From Alphaproteobacteria bacterium (GTDB taxonomy: Bacteria; Pseudomonadota; Alphaproteobacteria; SP197), in NCBI GenBank assembly GCA_965228895.1, contig OZ245842.1, positions 1,760,001 through 1,824,000 on the forward strand: DNA of 64,000 bases. Direction: 5' to 3'. The notes below the pieces were generated by a model, which saw nothing but the letters and a program-made list of their open reading frames with translations, was not told the DNA's origin and ran no database searches. Made by a program: the position numbers and the translations under genes. Every line of letters begins with the position of its first letter. Within the stretch, counting starts at the first letter, position 1. Positions 61,719-64,000 of this stretch are shown piece by piece.

Positions 61719-61961
61719 TCACGTCTCAAGCTCCACCGCGTAGTTTTCGATCACCGTGTTGGCGAGCAGCTTACGGCACATCTCTTCGATCTCCACGCGC
61801 GCCTTCTCGGCGTCGGTCTCGGCCAACTCTATCTCGATCACCTTGCCCTGGCGGACGTCTTCGACACCCTGGAACCCCAGCGTGCCCAGCGCGTGATGGA
61901 TGGCCTTGCCTTGTGGGTCGAGAACACCCTTTTTCAGGGTGACGTGGACTCTAGCCCGCAT
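61719..61961 (-). CDS. purS: Phosphoribosylformylglycinamidine synthase subunit PurS
   Basis: VTLKKGVLDPQG, VRQGK and LLANTVIENY. Confidence 0.97.
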   Translation of the reverse strand: MRARVHVTLKKGVLDPQGKAIHHALGTLGFQGVEDVRQGKVIEIELAETDAEKARVEIEEMCRKLLANTVIENYAVELET

Positions 61962-62220
61962 TTCCCAAACTCCCGACGCTCTGCGTCGCGTTGTGGTGAG
62001 TCAGATGCGAGCGAAAGCTGCGAAAAGCGTATCGGGGAATACGGTTGAGCTGCTTTCGCCCGCAGATGGCCGCCACGGCGCGACCCTTCGGGCCGGGTGA
62101 ACGAACCGACGGCGGGCGTCGAATGGCTTGGCCGATGTCCCACATCGCCCTTCGCCCTTCTCCTACTCCGTCGGATCGTTGACCCGGCGCAGAGCATCGC
62201 GAGTTTGGGAAGTGCGGGCT
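61953..62220. mobile_element. 268-bp MITE-like element with 36-bp terminal inverted repeats, inserted into the 5' end of purS
   Basis: 61953-61988 matches the reverse complement of 62185-62220 at 32/36 positions. CT dinucleotide at both junctions; precise removal restores an intact purC/purS overlap. Confidence 0.75.
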
Positions 62221-62225
62221 GACCT

Positions 62226-62987
62226 TCACGGCGCGACCTTCGGCAGATCGGTGACGTTAGCTGCCTCCGGCAGGATGCCGAGGCGTCGTGCGACTTCCTG
62301 ATAGCCCTCGGCAACCTTGCCGAGATCCCTGGCAAACCGATCCTTGTCCATCGGCTCGTTGGTCGAGAGATCCCACAGGCGCGCGCTATCGGGCGTGATC
62401 TCATCGGCGATGACCAGGCGGACATCGTCCTCGAAATAGAGCCGGCCGAACTGCAGCGTGAAGTCGACCAGGCGAATACCGGCGCCCAGGAACAGGCCCG
62501 ACAGGAAGTCGTTCACCCTCAACGACAGGTGGATCATGTCGTCGATATCCTGGGTCGCCGCCCAGCCGAAGGCGGTGATGTGCTCTTCGCTGACCAGCGG
62601 ATAGTCGAGCTCTTCGGAGCGCAGGTAGAACTCGATGATCGAGCGGGGCAGCGGCGTGCCTTCCTTGATGTCGAACCGCTCGGCGAACTCGCCGGCGGCG
62701 ACATTTCGGACCGCGACATCGATTGGCAGCACCTCGACCTCGCGGACAAGCTGCTCGCGCATGTTGAGGCGGCGCACGAAGTGGGTGGGAACACCCATCT
62801 CGTTCAACCGGCTCATGATGAACTCCGAAATCCGGTTGTTGATCACGCCCTTGCCGTCGATCACACCGGATTTCTCCGGGCGCCTGGCGTGGGCCTCGTC
62901 CTTGAAATGCTGAACTAACAGGCCTGGCTCTGGTCCTTCGTAGAAGACCTTGGCCTTGCCTTCGTAAACGCGCCTTCGGCGTGCCAT
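62226..62987 (-). CDS. purC: SAICAR synthetase (PurC) homolog with degenerate active-site motifs
   Basis: [38 protein letters not shown] and position upstream of purS; DFKLEFG reads DFTLQFG. Confidence 0.9.
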   Translation of the reverse strand: MARRRRVYEGKAKVFYEGPEPGLLVQHFKDEAHARRPEKSGVIDGKGVINNRISEFIMSRLNEMGVPTHFVRRLNMREQLVREVEVLPIDVAVRNVAAGEFAERFDIKEGTPLPRSIIEFYLRSEELDYPLVSEEHITAFGWAATQDIDDMIHLSLRVNDFLSGLFLGAGIRLVDFTLQFGRLYFEDDVRLVIADEITPDSARLWDLSTNEPMDKDRFARDLGKVAEGYQEVARRLGILPEAANVTDLPKVAP

Positions 62988-63078
62988 GGCATAAGTCCCG
63001 AGGGTGAGTTGCCCGAGGGTTTTCGGCGGATATCGGCGGGGCCGCTGCCGAATGCGCGGACCCTAATGGAAACGCCGC

Positions 63079-63846
63079 CTAAACACAATCGGTGGTGTGT
63101 GTGACAATGTGGTCAAACGACACCTTGTCTGGTTGACCCCCTGCAAACAGCCAAATGGGGGCGGTTTTCTGATCCTTCAAGGCCATCAAAGAGCTGGAGA
63201 CGGTGCCGAAGCCGGTGTCGCCGCCGATCGTCATGGCGCCGTTCTCTCCGCTGCCCGATTCGCGGCCCCGATCCGCCATCCGTTCGATCCAGGCCGACCA
63301 GTCGCCGGCTTCCGGATCCGGCGCGGCGGCATCGCGAAACAACGGCAGGTGGCGTCGGATTCGGGCGCTCGCGGCATCGTCGAGGTCATAGGCCGTCAGC
63401 ATATGGAGGCCATCCGGGATTGCATGCGCGGTCGGGTGACCGTCCGGCTCATCGCCGGCAAATCGCACCCAGACAGCGCCGTCGGGCGCGGCTATCACCA
63501 TGTTGAAACTCCTGTAATCACGGCCGTTTATGGAGACTATACGACCTACTGCTGTCGCCAGATCATCGGCCTCCAAGGCCATCAAGGGCAGTTCGCCTCG
63601 GCTTTTCTTGCCCGCCGCGGGCCCCAGCGAATCCGGTCGGTTCAGCATGGCCGCCACCAGTCCCGATTGGTTGGCGGCAAGCCAGGTGCCACCGGCCAGC
63701 TCGTCCAGACCGCCGATGATCCCCGGACGGCTTGGCCAGTGAAATCCGGGTGCCTGCCAGGCGCGGCCGTTCATCTCGTCGCGATTGGCGGCAATCAGCA
63801 CGGGAAATCGATGTCCGGGACGTGACAGAAGGATGACGGTGCACAT
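63079..63846 (-). CDS. NRDE/TANGO2 family protein
   Basis: MC start, AANRDE, GGTWL, SRGEL and FGTVSSS. Confidence 0.9.
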   Translation of the reverse strand: MCTVILLSRPGHRFPVLIAANRDEMNGRAWQAPGFHWPSRPGIIGGLDELAGGTWLAANQSGLVAAMLNRPDSLGPAAGKKSRGELPLMALEADDLATAVGRIVSINGRDYRSFNMVIAAPDGAVWVRFAGDEPDGHPTAHAIPDGLHMLTAYDLDDAASARIRRHLPLFRDAAAPDPEAGDWSAWIERMADRGRESGSGENGAMTIGGDTGFGTVSSSLMALKDQKTAPIWLFAGGQPDKVSFDHIVTHTTDCV

Positions 63847-63973
63847 GATAGCGGTCGATTTCCCGCAGCTGTGGTCTTGGAGCGGCGCAATCTTACGCTA
63901 TATGTTGCGGTGCAGGGCGCGCCAAATCGGTCGAGCGCCTTCATCGCTTCGATCAGAAAATGGGCAGCACGAC

Positions 63974-64000
63974 ATGGCATTGTTCGACGACCGCAAAAAG
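63974..64000 (+). CDS. Start of probable F1Fo ATPase inhibitor zeta subunit (DUF1476), truncated by the window edge
   Basis: MALFDDRKK resembles the zeta N-terminus (FDDRE); DUF1476 is commonly divergent from purC in alphaproteobacteria. Only 9 codons are visible. Confidence 0.55.

Noticed and set aside
61962-62225. Known purine riboswitch (ZTP, PRPP or guanine class) upstream of purS
   Set aside because: I could not recognise the consensus motifs, and terminal inverted repeats plus a restorable empty site fit an insertion better. An Rfam/Infernal scan would settle it.

Overview
GC-rich (roughly 64-65% by eye) alphaproteobacterial chromosomal segment. The synteny is typical: gph/glmU-glmS, nadE-gltX-cysS-cimA-trmJ-rpsD and purC-purS-purQ-purL-bolA-grxD, with a probable zeta-subunit gene at the right edge. 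It holds about 57 CDS, one tRNA-Val(CAC) and several palindromic intergenic repeats. No integrase, transposase, prophage or CRISPR array is visible. Core genes alternate with accessory redox and PLP enzymes (P450/SDR/TetR unit, two molybdoenzymes, GMC oxidoreductase, two group II decarboxylases, fold-IV transaminase, FAD oxidoreductase plus TauD). Most notable: (1) a stand-alone alanyl-tRNA-synthetase catalytic-domain paralog with a twin-arginine export signal (8225-9076). (2) Two repeat insertions at formerly overlapping stop/start junctions of the pur operon, each carrying an ORF that bridges the two genes; one also supplies the current RBS and start codon of purS. (3) A PurC whose active-site motifs are systematically degenerate. 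(4) A triad-less dienelactone-hydrolase-fold lipoprotein coupled to trmJ. (5) A candidate (R)-selective amine transaminase. All assignments come from motif recognition by eye; no database searches were run.
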